Source: Eledone cirrhosa (taxonomy: Eukaryota). From it: a DNA stretch of 64,000 nt. The notes beneath the pieces are model-generated. The model saw only the letters and a program-made list of their open reading frames with translations, searched no databases and had not been told where the DNA came from. Of the stretch, positions 27,980-41,301 are shown piece after piece; positions within the stretch are counted from its first letter, which is position 1; each line of letters opens with the position of its first letter. The translations under genes were made by a program, and so were the position numbers. The stretch is taken from NCBI GenBank assembly GCA_964016885.1, contig OZ024746.1, positions 68,510,001-68,574,000 of the forward strand, written 5' to 3'.

Positions 27980-29360
27980 TCTTTGTGGTTATATCTGTTG
28001 GAAGGGTCCTCTCCAAAACAGCTTCTTGCTACTTGTTTCAATATTTTATCATTATTTCAAGAGGTTCTTAAATCAGCTTTTACCACTTCTGCCCACCTCT
28101 TCCTTGGCCTTCTCTGCCATGACTTCCTTCTACTTGCAACTCCTAGCACATCTTTATCCAACTGATATCATCCATACACATCATATGTCCATACCAGCAC
28201 AGTCTTCTCTCTTGCATACAATATCTGATTACTCTTAAATCCAGTTTTTCTCTCAACACATCTGTGCATCATCATTCATGTACACTAATGTTACATATCT
28301 AGCAGAGCATGCTTATTTCATTATTTTTACTGTCATCACACGTATTTTGCATTCAATGGTCATGTCTCACTACTATGCAAGACTTCACAACGTTCATGAG
28401 AATCATATAATGGATATAAATGTAGAAACTGAAAAATGTAAGCATTCAACAGACTATTGCTCTCATATATGCGAGACGATGTTGCCGCTACATACACAGA
28501 TATGCTAGACTGCATCTAAAGAATTGTCACTTGACTAACTGGTTTAAAGTTGCACAGAATACACTCCAGCCTCTGGTTCACAGGTTGTTGTCTTCCCATC
28601 TCTTTCTCTCTACATTTTCTACCACTACTACAGACGTCTCTGCTTCTCAAAACTAGCTGGCATCATGTTACATCTACCTAGAAACTCCAGACTTACTCAA
28701 ATTTTCCATATTGTATGAATCTATAGGCCCTGCACTAAGCAGTACACCTTATCCTATATCCTGAGAATGTCAGCATTCTAAAATTTCAGAGAAACCTTCT
28801 CCACTACCAATTAGGTCATTTAGGTAACAGAAGCTATCAACCACTTCTATGTAGCCTTCCTGGGATTGAAACAAAGTTTATTTCACTGGGACTCTTAGTA
28901 CTAACTACTGTGCATTTCCCACATATAAAGTCTACCTTTTCTGTTAGTCTGCCAACAATCCCACTACATCTTTTGTTTATCCATGCTTTAAATTGTGTAT
29001 ATTGTATAGAGTTCCTACCTATTTATTTTCTATTTATTGAGGTTAACCAATTCCCTGATGGGACCATCATCCTGTTTTCTTTCCTACTCACTAAAATGTT
29101 GGTCTTTGCAAAATCAAAAAGCCTTTTTGATTCTCAGCTTTGTTTCCACAGTAGGAATTTCTTCAACAAATTCAGCAATAAGCGCTAGGTTGTCAGCATA
29201 CAAAAGTTACCAAGAGCAGCTAGTTATAAACAATTCTGTTATGGCCTGGAGGACTAAAATAAGCAGGAGTAGGTCATGATGAACATCTACTAGCATATTG
29301 AATTCCTTATTAAACTCATTACCACTCACTGACAGTACCTCTGTACATGGCTTGCACTGG
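27980..29360 (-). mobile_element. Highly degenerate RTE LINE pieces
   Basis: Remnants of YADN, the Cys cluster (WINKRCSGI), DSFCYL and WYGH motifs when read on the minus strand. Confidence 0.7.
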
Positions 29361-30649
29361 TGGGTAGCTATAGGACAAATATAGCTGGCTACATGTTTAA
29401 AGATGGGGTGTAGATATGGCTGTGTGGTTAGAAATAGGACAGATATTGCTGGCTACATTCTTAAGAATGGTGGCTGTTTAGTTAAGAGGTTTTTTTTGTA
29501 ACTATGTAGTTTGGGGTTCAATTCTAATACACTCCCATAGCATTGGGTCAAGTAAAACCCTGTCAATAAAACTTGGCACTCAGAAAAACTGTGCAGAAAA
29601 CCATATGAAGGATTCTCCCTGTCCTTTGAGGGTTTATTTAATCTGTTACTGAATTTAATAGCATCACTTAATGTTTTGGGAATCTTTAACAGAATTCCAT
29701 CTATTGCAAGTCTGTACTTTCAGTTCATGGTTATCTCCTCCCTTCTTTCCTCTCACCTATCTCAGAGGTCTTAGAAAAGATCAAAAGTATTACCCTTCCT
29801 TCTGTGACTAAACCATGGAGAAAAAAACAATACAAAGACAATAAAAAATACAATGTTAGCAAGAGCATTGATCTAGGCACACTAGTACTATTATAGCAAG
29901 ATAATTGTTTCTACGTTGGGCACAAGGCCAGCAATTACCCAGTGCATTACTGGTACTTTATTTTATCGACCCCGTAAGGATGAAAGGCAAAGTTAACCTT
30001 GGCGGGATTGCAAGATAATAATATATAATCAGATGTAGTAAAAGTTTGTTGAAATAAAACAGCAGCAGACATTGTAATCACACATTAATTTCTTGTTGCC
30101 AACACAACCTAGATATAAAAGTTCTATTTATGATTGTTAAAAGTCAAGAACTGTTTTTCCTTCAAGGCGACACCACAGTTTTCTGATTCATATATTAAGT
30201 TAAATGCCAGGTATCTCTGCGTGAAAATGTTCATAATTAAAGCAAACACTAACAAAAGTGTTAAAAAATATTCTATTTCTAAACATATATTCTTATCACT
30301 TCTACCTTTTCTAAACTGAGTAGAATATGTTTTGCTAAGGAGGTTTAATAAGATTGAAACATGTCTGTTGCTTTCACTTGTAGTCTTTAAACACAAGATC
30401 CACTCCACTCAACATTATTTGCATTGTTCAAAAATATTAATCAACTGATCATATTGGAATTATCTTCCTTACTTTTAAATATAAAATGCCTCTGGAAATA
30501 AATTTTGTATGGATAATTTCAGTTAATTGAAGTTTTTCAACTCACTTTATTGCATATGTGAGATGCTACCATATATGTATTTAGTATGTGGAAGGCTCTC
30601 ATGGGGTACATACTTTTGTAGCTAATGTTGTAAATACTACCAGATAAAT

Positions 30650-31235
30650 TGTTAAATAAAGATGAGTGGAATAAAAAAATCTAGTGATGGTCTGTATCAG
30701 GGAAAATTACTGAATAAAATTTGCAAAGATGAATTAGAACGAGTTGGAAGAAGTTTAGAGAACTGGCACTTCTCCTGATAACAAATGGCTTCTCTCTAAA
30801 AGTGAAGGGTAGATCTATGATACTTTCATATAAACTGCAATGCTACATGGCAGTGAGACATGAGCCTTGACCAAAGAAGACTTGTGAGGGCTAGAATGAA
30901 ATGAAGTGAGTATGCTCTGGTAGATGTGTAATATTATTGTGCATGAATGAGCTAAAGAAAAATGCAGTAGAAAAGAAATTAGACATAATATGCAAAAGAG
31001 AAGGCTATGCTGGTACAGACATGTGATGCATATGGTAAATGACTGGCTATATAAGCCGCAGGTCAATCTCAGTGGATGGAACCTGTGAAAGAAATAAACC
31101 CAGGAAGATATGGGAGGAAATGGTAAAAGCAGACATTAATAAGCTGAAGTTCATGACAGAGATGATAAAGTACCATGATGATTATCAACTAGCAATTCTA
31201 GAGATGACTCACCTACTGGTATAAAACAAGACACC
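30650..31235 (+). mobile_element. Degenerate RTE LINE 3' fragment
   Basis: MLHGSET and KPRKIWEE remnants. Confidence 0.7.
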
Positions 31236-31999
31236 AAGTATGATCCCCCACATGTCTTCCATAGTATCTGCTACAACCTTATATATCCAGCGTTCATACT
31301 TTCATCGTTCTTTTCAAGGTAGATATGATGAAGTACCAGTCTACTGTTGTACAGGTGTCAAATTAGCAGAGTCCTTAGAACATCAGATAGAATGTTTTGC
31401 AGTATTCCTTTTGCCTCTCTACTTTCTGAGTTCAAATCCCGCCGAGGTCAACTTTGCCTTTCATCAATCCATTCAAGGTTGATAAAAAATACCAGTCTAG
31501 TACTGTGGTCAATTCTTCCTCTATATTTCTTTCTCACTTCCATTCTCTCATTCTCTATTCTTCTCTGGAAGAAATCTGCAGTGTTCAGACCTGAAGAGAA
31601 GTTGGGCTACACCAAGTTTTAAAATGCCCTAGAAATGTCATCCCTATGACTATCAGGAGTTCTGGGACCAGGCATGCATGCACCATCTTAAAATGTTTTT
31701 CAAATAATTGTTTATATTGAGGTATATTTTGTCTTACTTTAAGAAAATCTAGTGTTAAAAATTATAGTTAAAGAAGCATTATAAGTTCAGCAACATAAGA
31801 ATGAAATGTTTCATTAAGTTCAGCAACATAAGAATGAAATGTTTCATTTTGATTAAACATTTCATTAGCAGCTAAGATTATTTGTTCTCTTGATGAATTT
31901 ATAAACAACATATACGACTGCTGCTTGCTGGACAAAAATTACAAAAGGTCACACTTCACTTTGATACTAAACTCCACCAGTTGCAGAATGCGCATCAAT

Positions 32000-32390
32000 A
32001 TGAGATATTTTTCTCCACAAAGTTCGATCACCAACAGCAGAATTTAAAGAGCAAAGATCAAGTCCAGTCCATAGGTTGACATTATCAAGTCATCGTTTTG
32101 GATGCTGGCCTCTGCTTCTCTTACCAGCCATCCTTCCTTCCAGCCATAACCTACTCACACCAAGAGTTGATCCTTTTATATGACTGTATAGTTTGAGTAT
32201 TGACTTGACAATTGATGTAATTGGTCTAAGTCGGGTAATGTTGAGCAGCTCACTGATCCAGATATGGTCGCTGAGCCACTTGACAGTCATAAGTCTCATG
32301 ATGTGGTTCTGGAATGTAGAGAGCTTCTGAAGTGACCTTGTCGTCCAATTAACACAGTCAAAACCATATAACACAACTGGTAGGATGTAA
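32000..32390 (-). mobile_element. Degenerate RTE-like LINE C-terminus of another family
   Basis: LYG...W, LEGRMAGKRSRGQHPKR. Confidence 0.55.
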
Positions 32391-33289
32391 AATCAATTAA
32401 TCTTTTGTTCTACACTTCCTCCTTTTTACGAAGCCATAAAAAATACAATAAAAGTTAAGTTTATATTCAATTACCAACAATAGACACATTAATATAATTA
32501 TTGATTGCAATAATTACTTATTTCATACAATTTCTATTATAAAAACTTCCCCGTCAGCATAATAATTACATTAAAATTAACATTGAAAAACATAATTCAA
32601 CTAGCATTTAATTTCCATTAATTCAAAAGTATTCAATAAAACTTTCTTTATCCTCCTAAACACAAGACTAAATCATGAAAAAACCAGCCAGCACAATGTG
32701 TCTTGTCTTACCATAATAAACAATAGAATTATATCTAACTGAAATATTCAGTTAACAAGTGAAAAGTTTAAAATGATTAAATGGAATTGATTAATTTCCA
32801 TAAATGATTCAATGTTTAGTAGACAAAAAGAAATCCTAGCAAGCTTATATTCTGATTAATTCAGAAACAAAATACTCTTGAATGTTTGTTGGACAATATG
32901 TTTTCTTTTAAAGATAACCTGATTTAATTTCAATAAGTAGTCAATCCAAACAGTAAGATGCTGAATATCAGGTTTGCACAAAAATAATGACTGCTCAAGA
33001 ACATTTTACAGTTGTTCAATTATATTTGTGTTTGTGTGCATAAGTGCATATGTACTGATGTACATCTGCACTTGTGCAGGCCTGTGCAAAACTTGGTAAT
33101 AGGCTCAGGCAAGATGTGAAATATAGTGTACCAAAACTAATAATAAGCCCAGATTAAATATGAAATATAGGCCACATTTCCAACTTTTCATTACGTATTA
33201 TAGTATTTAGTGCTAAATACATATGTCAGGTTGCTCTCTAAGCACTACTAATAACATGTAATCCAGTACAACCTGTTACATGGTCAGGT

Positions 33290-33490
33290 CATCGGCAACT
33301 AAACTGGCAACCCCACCAAGCTTGCTTGATAAGGAGGGTGATTTTTGGTCACCCTGCAGGATGAAAAACAAAACTCATCAAAGGGCATCCAATAGCGTGC
33401 AAAAGAAAAAAATGGGTAGACAGAGTTCATTAGCCTTGGTTGGCAGTCTGTCTAGGAGAAGGATCACTCTGATTTCAAAGCTGGGGTGGA
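33290..33490 (+). mobile_element. Isolated RTE-like 5' UTR remnant
   Basis: GGCAGTCTGTCTAGGAGAAGGATCACTCTGATTTCAAA resembles the TAGGAGAAGGAAAACTCTGA motif of RTE 5' UTRs (recognised from memory). Confidence 0.45.
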
Positions 33491-34387
33491 TGGGAATACA
33501 TAGACACCTTTGTTACGACCTTTCAAGTGACAATGGCGTCATCCTTGTGATGAAAGTGGATGAGCTGTGACTCAGTAGCCAGCTTCTGCGTAATGGTTGG
33601 ATGAGGATTTGGGACCCACCAACATCACTTTTCACCTGATAAGAATCATGGACATACAGCATCATATAAATTAGCATTGGTGCTATTGTCCACAGTCCTC
33701 AACCCTCAGCAATGAGAATAATATGAGACCTGATCAGTATATGATTTATACATAAGTTATGGGTATCAATGTACATATAATTTACACAATGTAAAAGAAC
33801 TAAAACCTGAGTGGAGTAAGTTCCTTCAAAATCGTAGATACCTAAAAATTGGCTTTCCTGCTCTCTCCTCTGTTCTAGCCTGCTTTTGTGAGGGAACACA
33901 CTTGTGATTGGAACATGGCACTCATACAAACTGACTTCTGACAAACCAATAAAGTCAATGAGAGATTGTTTGTATAGTTATTTAGGCTGCTAGAAATAGA
34001 AATCAAATTCCCTTACACCACACTATCATCTTAAAATAAACACATTAGATAATGTAGTTCTAGATGCTCTTATAAAGATATGATCATCATGGTAGAACAC
34101 CTTTGATCATAGGTCTGTTAGATTAAATATCTACCTAGGGTTAAACAACTAGAACAACAATAACTGGATTTTGTTGTGATGAGCTTCTCAAAAATTGTGT
34201 CCTCAAAGGACATTGAGGTTGTAACAATGGAATTTTATAAATCAATAACAGTTTAATTCAGTTTTGATTCTCTTTAGTAACAATGTAGTGAATTTAAGCA
34301 GATTAAAACCACTTTCTCTCTCTCACTTTATCTTTTACTATTCCTCTCTCTCAATCACTCACTCACTCACTATCTTTCATTATTTCC

Positions 34388-34577
34388 GGTGGATTGGCAG
34401 TATCGGTAGAGGGTCGGACGCCATGCTTTGACACATGGAGTTACGGCCCTTGCCATTCTGAGTTCAAATCCCGCTGAGGTGAACTTTGCCTTTCATCCTT
34501 ACGGGGTCGATAAAATAAAGTACCAGTAATGCACTAGGATAATTGCTGGCCTTGTGCCAAAAATAGAAACAATTATT
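34388..34577 (+). mobile_element. Full-length Meta-like tRNA SINE
   Basis: Complete head, core and tail. Confidence 0.88.
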
Positions 34578-34774
34578 TCCCTCTTCCTCTCTCTCTCTCT
34601 CTCTCTCAGGGGATTCTTTTTAATCTGTAAAAGCTAAACATGGATGCAAATCAGAGTAAACCAAAAGCAAACGTAGCTGGGATGACAAATTACTGCTGCT
34701 GATAATACAGAATCAGATAACAGAAAGAGAAGAGCCGTATCAAACTTTTAGGCCAATGAAGGTTCATGGATCTA

Positions 34775-34868
34775 CCGTATATACTCAAATATAGGCTGAT
34801 CTCTCCATTTTACCATCAATTCTTTGATCACATATTCCTCAGCTTAAATTCGAGAATACATATACAGT
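34775..34868. mobile_element. Small mariner/pogo-type MITE
   Basis: TA-CCGTATATACTC ... ATATACAG-TA termini. Confidence 0.45.
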
Positions 34869-36617
34869 ACATTCTCCAGAATACCAATTTCAAAATTGTT
34901 TTTACTATGTTCTATCCCGATGCAGCATTTGTTCTATTTCAAGACCACATTTCAAGGCCACAATTGACAGAGTTGTTAGAACTCCAGATAGAATCCTTTG
35001 CAGTATTTGTTCTGTTTCTCTACATTCTGAGTTCAAAACTCACAGAGGTCAACTTTACCTTTCATCCTTCTGAGGTCAATAAAAAATATACCAGTCTAGT
35101 ACTAGTGTTGATTCTTCTTCTTCTTCTATATTTCCTTCTCACTCCTTCTCTGGAAGAAATCGGCTATGTTCAGACCTGGAAAGGATATGGGCTCCACTGG
35201 ATTTTTTAAAATGCCCAAGAAATGCCATGTCATGACAGTGCCTCGATGACTCCACCAGGAGATACAGGTCCATACAAACACATACAATACCATATTTCAT
35301 CTTGAAGTAGAGCTGGGGAGGAGGGCGGGTGGCTTGGAATGGGGAACGGAGAAAATAAATGTCCTTTATTTCATTTTATAAAAAAGAAATGTAGATTATC
35401 ATTCTTTTTTTGTTTTTTTAATTATTAAATCAAAATTAAAATGAAAGCATACAAATTTAATTTTATCTAGTATCCAATTTTATTTCAAACAATATACCAT
35501 GTACTTTTGCAATATCAGTGAAATACTGTTATATTTATTATCTTTTTCTCACTCTAGCACTATTATAGTTTAAGTGTTTCTAAAATAAATATATTTATCC
35601 GCAAGTGTGTGTGTGATGTTTCTTCCATTCTAGATTGAAATATTTTCTGAACAAAGAGAATGTTTATATAAGCTAAAATATATTTCCACTGAAATGATTG
35701 AGCAAACAGATAAAACTGTTTTTTTAAGATTTGTTCTTTAAAGGTGCAGTGCCAAAATGGCTAACATTCAGAATTATTAAATCAAAAGAGCATAGCTTTA
35801 ATCAGCACCATTAGTAAGACTCTCAATGCAAAGGAAAATGCCTTAAGGGAATAAATAAAGAACAACACCATTCCCCACAAATATTTCTAGTGTTGTCCCT
35901 GTGTTAGAAATGATATTTATAGACTGTCTATAGATGTCAATAATTACTATAACCTGAAATTAAATATTTCTTGTATTTTTTGGCAATAATATTGATAATA
36001 ATAATAATGAAATTATTGTGTACAGTGCTCAGGTGCACTATAATCCTCATCATCATCATCATTATTTTATGTCTGTTGTTCCACGCTGTTTTTTCTATTC
36101 ACTTTGTTTGTTGTGTTAACATAAGTTAAATGAGATGTTTTAAGGCAATATTCTATGCACTTCCTGATACATTACTTAGTATTAAGTATGGTACTTGAAA
36201 ACAAGAAACCAATCTTCACTGGTTGAACTGCTGAGATGTGAGGTATAATTGTGTGGTACATAAAAGTCACCAACTACCCAAGTGCTATCACTGCCAAGGC
36301 ACACAAAGACAAACTCACACACACATACACACATGACAGTCACAGACATGACAGACTTCTACATAGTTTACATTTACTAATTTCATTCATTAACACAAGA
36401 CTATAGTAGAAAACACTTGGAATTCAACTCGAAACCATGTGGTTGCAATACTGCAAAGAAAACTTAATCCTAGCCATTCCTGCACAAAGCCACATCTGGT
36501 GAAAGGATAAATAATTAGAAAGAAAAGTGAAAACATATTTCATATTTATAGTTCAAATTTAATTTGTGAAATGATTCTTATGTATTTTAAAATTATTTTT
36601 TCTAGTTAAGTCATTAA

Positions 36618-36838
36618 CCCTTTAACATTTACATTACTCTATATTTACTATTATATTTTCGTGGTAAAGGCTTTTCCTCTCATAATTATCTCACATAATA
36701 TCGAATCTATGAGATTTTGATATTATTTATTTTGAGAACAATACCTTAATATAGGTATGAGCAGCTGGTTACAGCCAGTTTGAACAGAAAGAGGTGACAG
36801 AATTCTGGCCGGATATGGCCAGTTTAAATGCTAAAGGG
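36618..36838. mobile_element. piggyBac-type MITE
   Basis: TTAA-CCCTTTAACATT ... AATGCTAAAGGG-TTAA. Related copy in the opposite orientation at 46842-47054. Confidence 0.85.
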
Positions 36839-37125
36839 TTAAGGAAAACAAATTGCTGTAAACAAAGCTTGACTAATGGAATTATATTCCATCAATGTAG
36901 TAGAAATTTCTTAAGTTGAATTTTGTTCTAACCAGAAACACCAAAATGAAATGGTGACATAATGTGGTATTCCCTTTTCTGTGACTATTAAACAGTCCAA
37001 ACCATGGATCATTTGTTGGTCTGCTTGTTATTGAATTTACCTTGTTGATTGGAGGTGTGGAGAAAGCAAACAAAAAAAAATGTATAAGATTGAGTAAAAA
37101 TTAGGAAATATTATTTATAGACATG

Positions 37126-37317
37126 TAATAATTGTTTCTACTTTTGGCACAAGGCCAGAAATTACCCAGTACATTACTGGTACTTTATTTTATCGAGCCC
37201 GTAAGGATGAAAGGCAAAGTTTACTTCGGCGGGATTTGAACCCAGTCCGTAAAGGGACGTAACTGTGCTGCAAAGCATGGTGTCTGACCCTCTACTGATA
37301 CTGCCAATCCACCGCCC
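37126..37317 (-). mobile_element. Full-length Meta-like tRNA SINE with target-site duplication
   Basis: AGACATGTAATAAT is repeated on both sides. Confidence 0.88.
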
Positions 37318-37411
37318 TTAGAGACATGTAATAATAATTTATACAATGAATGCCTTTCACATACACACACACATCCAGTTGTGAGTTCATGCTCTTCACA
37401 AAATATTGATG

Positions 37412-37724
37412 ACATCATCATCATCATTTTGCATCAGCTCTTCCATGCTTGCATGAGTTGGACAGGTTCTTTCTAGCATAGCACTCCTCCATTTATTTCG
37501 GTCTATCATCATCACCTCCACGAGATTCAGTGATTTGAGATCAGCCCTGACAACTTCTGCCCAGGTCTTTCTTGGTCTTACTCTACCACAGCTGTCTTTC
37601 ACCGAGATTTCTTCACACAACACTTATTATCCATACCATCACAAGCTTCTCTCCTGCACACTACATCTAAATCCTCTTATATTCAGCCTTTCTCTCAGCT
37701 CATCTATGCTTTGCCTTTCATGTA
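37412..37724 (-). mobile_element. RTE LINE 3' fragment
   Basis: [17 protein letters not shown]...; (GAT)n tail. Confidence 0.8.
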
Positions 37725-38077
37725 TACTAGATAAGGGTGATGACATCTTCTCCTTCTTTCCATCTCTCACACACTCTTTTTAAACAAATGATCCTTTTTC
37801 TCTCTATCTATGTACACCCCTTTCTCTATAGAGATGAGGGCGACATCTGTACATCTCTTTCACTTGGTGCTCCACCTCTCTCTATAGAGAGGAGGGCAAC
37901 ATTGTAAATTTCTGTCTATCTACCTCTTTCGTCACCTCGAAAACACAGCATTCCTTTTTCTCTCTCTATGTACATATCCCTCGCTTGGCACTACCTCTCT
38001 CTATATGAAGTGAACATGATGGATGGAGGGATGAACGGATAGACAGACAATACAATGCTCTTATTATAATATAGATT
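37725..38077. mobile_element. Possible non-autonomous Helitron/DINE-like element
   Basis: Starts ACTAG, has internal short direct repeats and a GACA/GGAT microsatellite, and ends TTATTATAATATAGAT. Confidence 0.4.
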
Positions 38078-38697
38078 AACATTACATATCCTTTCAATCG
38101 TGCTTGCTTTGTTTCTCTCCAGTGATGTATACTGCAATAATATATACTGCATTATTGACATGGCATTAACAGAACATTGAACTATAACTATTTTAGCATT
38201 ATAGATTTAGATACTGAGTGTAGACACAGCCTGGCTGAATGGTGAAGAAGTTGACTTCACAATCATGAGGTTCTGGGTTCAATCACAGCATATGGGATCT
38301 TGAGAAGGTGTCTTCCACAATAGACTTCGGACAATACAAACCTAACGAGAGAAATTGGATTGATGGAAACTGTTTGGGCATCAATCAGATGGATTATACC
38401 TGTAATGCTTCAAAGGGCCAGCATAGTCTCACACTCTGTCAGACTGAATTGCCTTGTCAATTATGTTACAGGTACATATGTTATTGAGATACTCATCTAC
38501 TAGCATGAGTATACCACACCATTGATTAAACAACTAGAACATTCATCGTTAAAACCAATAAAGGTAGATTTACTTTTACTATACCAGCACTTTACAGAAT
38601 CTAATTGTAAGTTTAGCGCAATACCTCAAATACCCCACCCTATATATATATCCCACCCTTGCAAGCAGGGAAAAGCGGACGTAAAATGATGATGATG

Positions 38698-38767
<70 letters not shown>

Positions 38768-38806
38768 ATATTAAATAAATGGAAACTATATTTATAAAAC
38801 CATATT

Positions 38807-38867
38807 TATTCTATTATATATATTTCAAGGGTACCAAAATTTTGGTACGCTATCATCAGATAAAATA
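38807..38867 (-). ncRNA. Minimal type I hammerhead ribozyme motif (left arm copy)
   Basis: Exact reverse complement of 40694-40754. Confidence 0.65.
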
Positions 38868-39769
38868 CGAAGTGTGTTTTATAAATTTTGACATAACCAA
38901 GGAGAATATACCTTAACGGTTCAAGTTTTCCTTGGATAGTGAGGGGATAAGAGAAGAAAAGTCAGATATTTCAAATTATTAAGATGAGTATGCAAATGAG
39001 GTTTAGGTAAAAGAGCTGAAAAAAACGTTATTTTAGATGCTATGGAAAATTAAAATAATTATGATAAGTTATTGTATGTGTAGGAAAGAAGAGAAAGGAA
39101 GAAGAGCTAGCATTTACGTTAATATGGGGAAAAAAAGTGGAATATGATTCCAGAGTTTAAATTTTAATTTATTTACCTATATTATGAGTTATAATATTGT
39201 ATATATAATCCATTAGATTATATGAAGAATTATGGTTGTAAGTATTTTTATCTTATTACATTACGATAGGTTATATGTATATATGTAAATATCTATATCT
39301 ATATAGATTATATAGGTTATATGTATATATGTAAATACCTATGTAGATTAATAATTGCGTATGTATTAGTATTATAGAGATTAGTTGTTTATATATCAAA
39401 TATGAGTTACGAAGGATGTTGATTTTGTATTTTACTTAAAAATAGGTGGTTCAAGTTGTGAGAGTAGAACAATTTGTGGATTCAAAAAATTTTTGTTCAA
39501 TATTGAAAATGTTTTCAGAATATTGTTAATTTAGCAAAGTTATATAGATTATCAAACATACTATGTTTGATAATCAAACATACTATGTTTGATAATCAAA
39601 CATACTATGTATGATAAAACTAATAATTTATATGGTATGGAAAAGGACGAATATAATAACCTTATATTGAAAGAACTCAGAAAAAACAACAAAATAACAT
39701 CAAATGAAGATCTTTCAACGTTAAATAGAGAAGCTTCTGAGAATTATATTAACGGTACACATGTCTAGA

Positions 39770-40152
39770 ATAATAATAATGAAATTATTGTGTACAGTGT
39801 TCAGGTGCACTACAACTCATCAAAGGTGCATGTATAGTACATAGAATAATGTACAGATGTCAGGAAAATGAATGAACAGTGTATGAGTCATGAGATACAT
39901 GTGTGTATGTGTATGGAGGAGGGATATCAGGTATAGTGTTGGCGAATTTCAGGAAGCATGGAGGTTTTAAAGGATGCAGTGTCTCGGCAGCTAACAACTG
40001 ATGCAGGTAGTTTGTTCCATGCTTCAGCAACTCTGAGCGTGAAAAAATGTTTCCGAAAGTCATTTTTTCACGCTCAGAGTTGCTGAAGCATGGAACAAAC
40101 TACCTACATCAGTTGTTAGCTGCCAAGACACTGCATCCTTTAAAAGCTCCAT
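39770..40152 (-). mobile_element. CR1 3' fragment with a fold-back inversion (duplicate of 45230-45609)
   Basis: Arms 39958-40049 and 40061-40152 with an 11-nt loop. Confidence 0.88.
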
Positions 40153-40693
40153 CTGTAGAATGCTCAGCCATTTACATGTTAATTTCATGAGCAGGCTATT
40201 CTATTGATGGAACAACTGGAACACATTTTTGAAACTGACAGAAGTCCATTTCATTTCATATTGATTTAAGCTCTACAATAATACAGGGCTACCTTACCAT
40301 TTTACATAATCTGTATCCTCACTTCATACTTTGCTTTCAAATGTCTAATTGATTATATATACAATATTATAACTCATAATATAGGTAAATAAATTTAAAT
40401 TTAAACTCTGGAATCATATTCCACTTTTTTTCCCCATATTAACGTAAATGCTAGCTCTTCTTCCTTTCTCTTCTTTCCTACACATACAATAACTTATCAT
40501 AATTATTTTAATTTTCCATAGCGTCTAAAATAACGTTTTTTTCAGCTCTTTTACCTAAACCTCATTTGCATACTCATCTTAATAATTTGAAATATCTGAC
40601 TTTTCTTCTCTTATCCCCTCACTATGCAAGGAAAACTTGAACCGTTAAGGTATATTCTCCTTGGTTATGTCAAAATTTATAAAACACGCTTCG

Positions 40694-40754
40694 TATTTTA
40701 TCTGATGATAGCGTACCAAAATTTTGGTACCCTTGAAATATATATAATAGAATA
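40694..40754 (+). ncRNA. Minimal type I hammerhead ribozyme motif
   Basis: Stem I TATTTTAT/ATAGAATA, CTGATGA (40702-40708), stem II around the palindrome GTACCAAAATTTTGGTAC, GAAA (40735-40738), palindromic TATATA stem III, and a UA site with predicted cleavage after 40746. Stem II closes imperfectly. Confidence 0.68.
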
Positions 40755-40890
40755 AATATGGTTTTATAAATATAGTTTCCATTTATTTAATATCATTGTA
40801 TATTATACTCTAGAAAAACTGTCGAGTGCTCTGAATCAGTTATAAACATTTATATTTGTTGAATTACCAACAAATTGAATATCCTTTCTG

Positions 40891-40958
<68 letters not shown>

Positions 40959-41030
40959 TGATGGAAGCTAAGATGCTTCCATAGGCGGTATGCCGGTTGA
41001 GCACTCTATGCTCTTACAGAGCAGAGTATG

Positions 41031-41288
41031 ATAGAATAGAAAACGAAAAATCAGTAATGCATCTGAACTCAATTTATTGTGTTACAGTTGTTTCCACGGC
41101 GGACAGCTCAAGACGTTATATTTCAGAGCATATCTCCGAAATCATTAGACGTGTTCGTCGAACCTGCGGGTCCAGAATCAGACAGATCCACACAATGATC
41201 GCGTCTCGAGCTGTCCACCGGGGAAACAATTGTAACACACAATAAATTGAGTTCAGATGCATCACTGATTTTTCATTTTCTATTCTAT
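41031..41288. repeat. Inverted repeat, ~85-bp arms with an ~86-bp spacer
   Basis: 41031-41115 is the reverse complement of 41202-41288 with several mismatches. Confidence 0.9.
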
Positions 41289-41301
41289 ATATATATATAT
41301 A

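Larger units (their letters stand above)
38761..40800. mobile_element. Penelope-like fold-back element: 450-bp inverted arms, RT N-terminal remnant and a captured host segment
   Basis: 38761-39210 is the reverse complement of 40351-40800 with few mismatches. Plus-strand 39613-39735 reads DKTNNLYGMEKDEYNNLILKELRKN...LNREA (PLE RT DK(G/T) region). A hammerhead core lies in each arm. Confidence 0.8.

Noticed and set aside
34388-34475. tRNA gene (A and B boxes)
   Set aside because: It is a SINE head: no full cloverleaf, and it runs directly into the SINE core.
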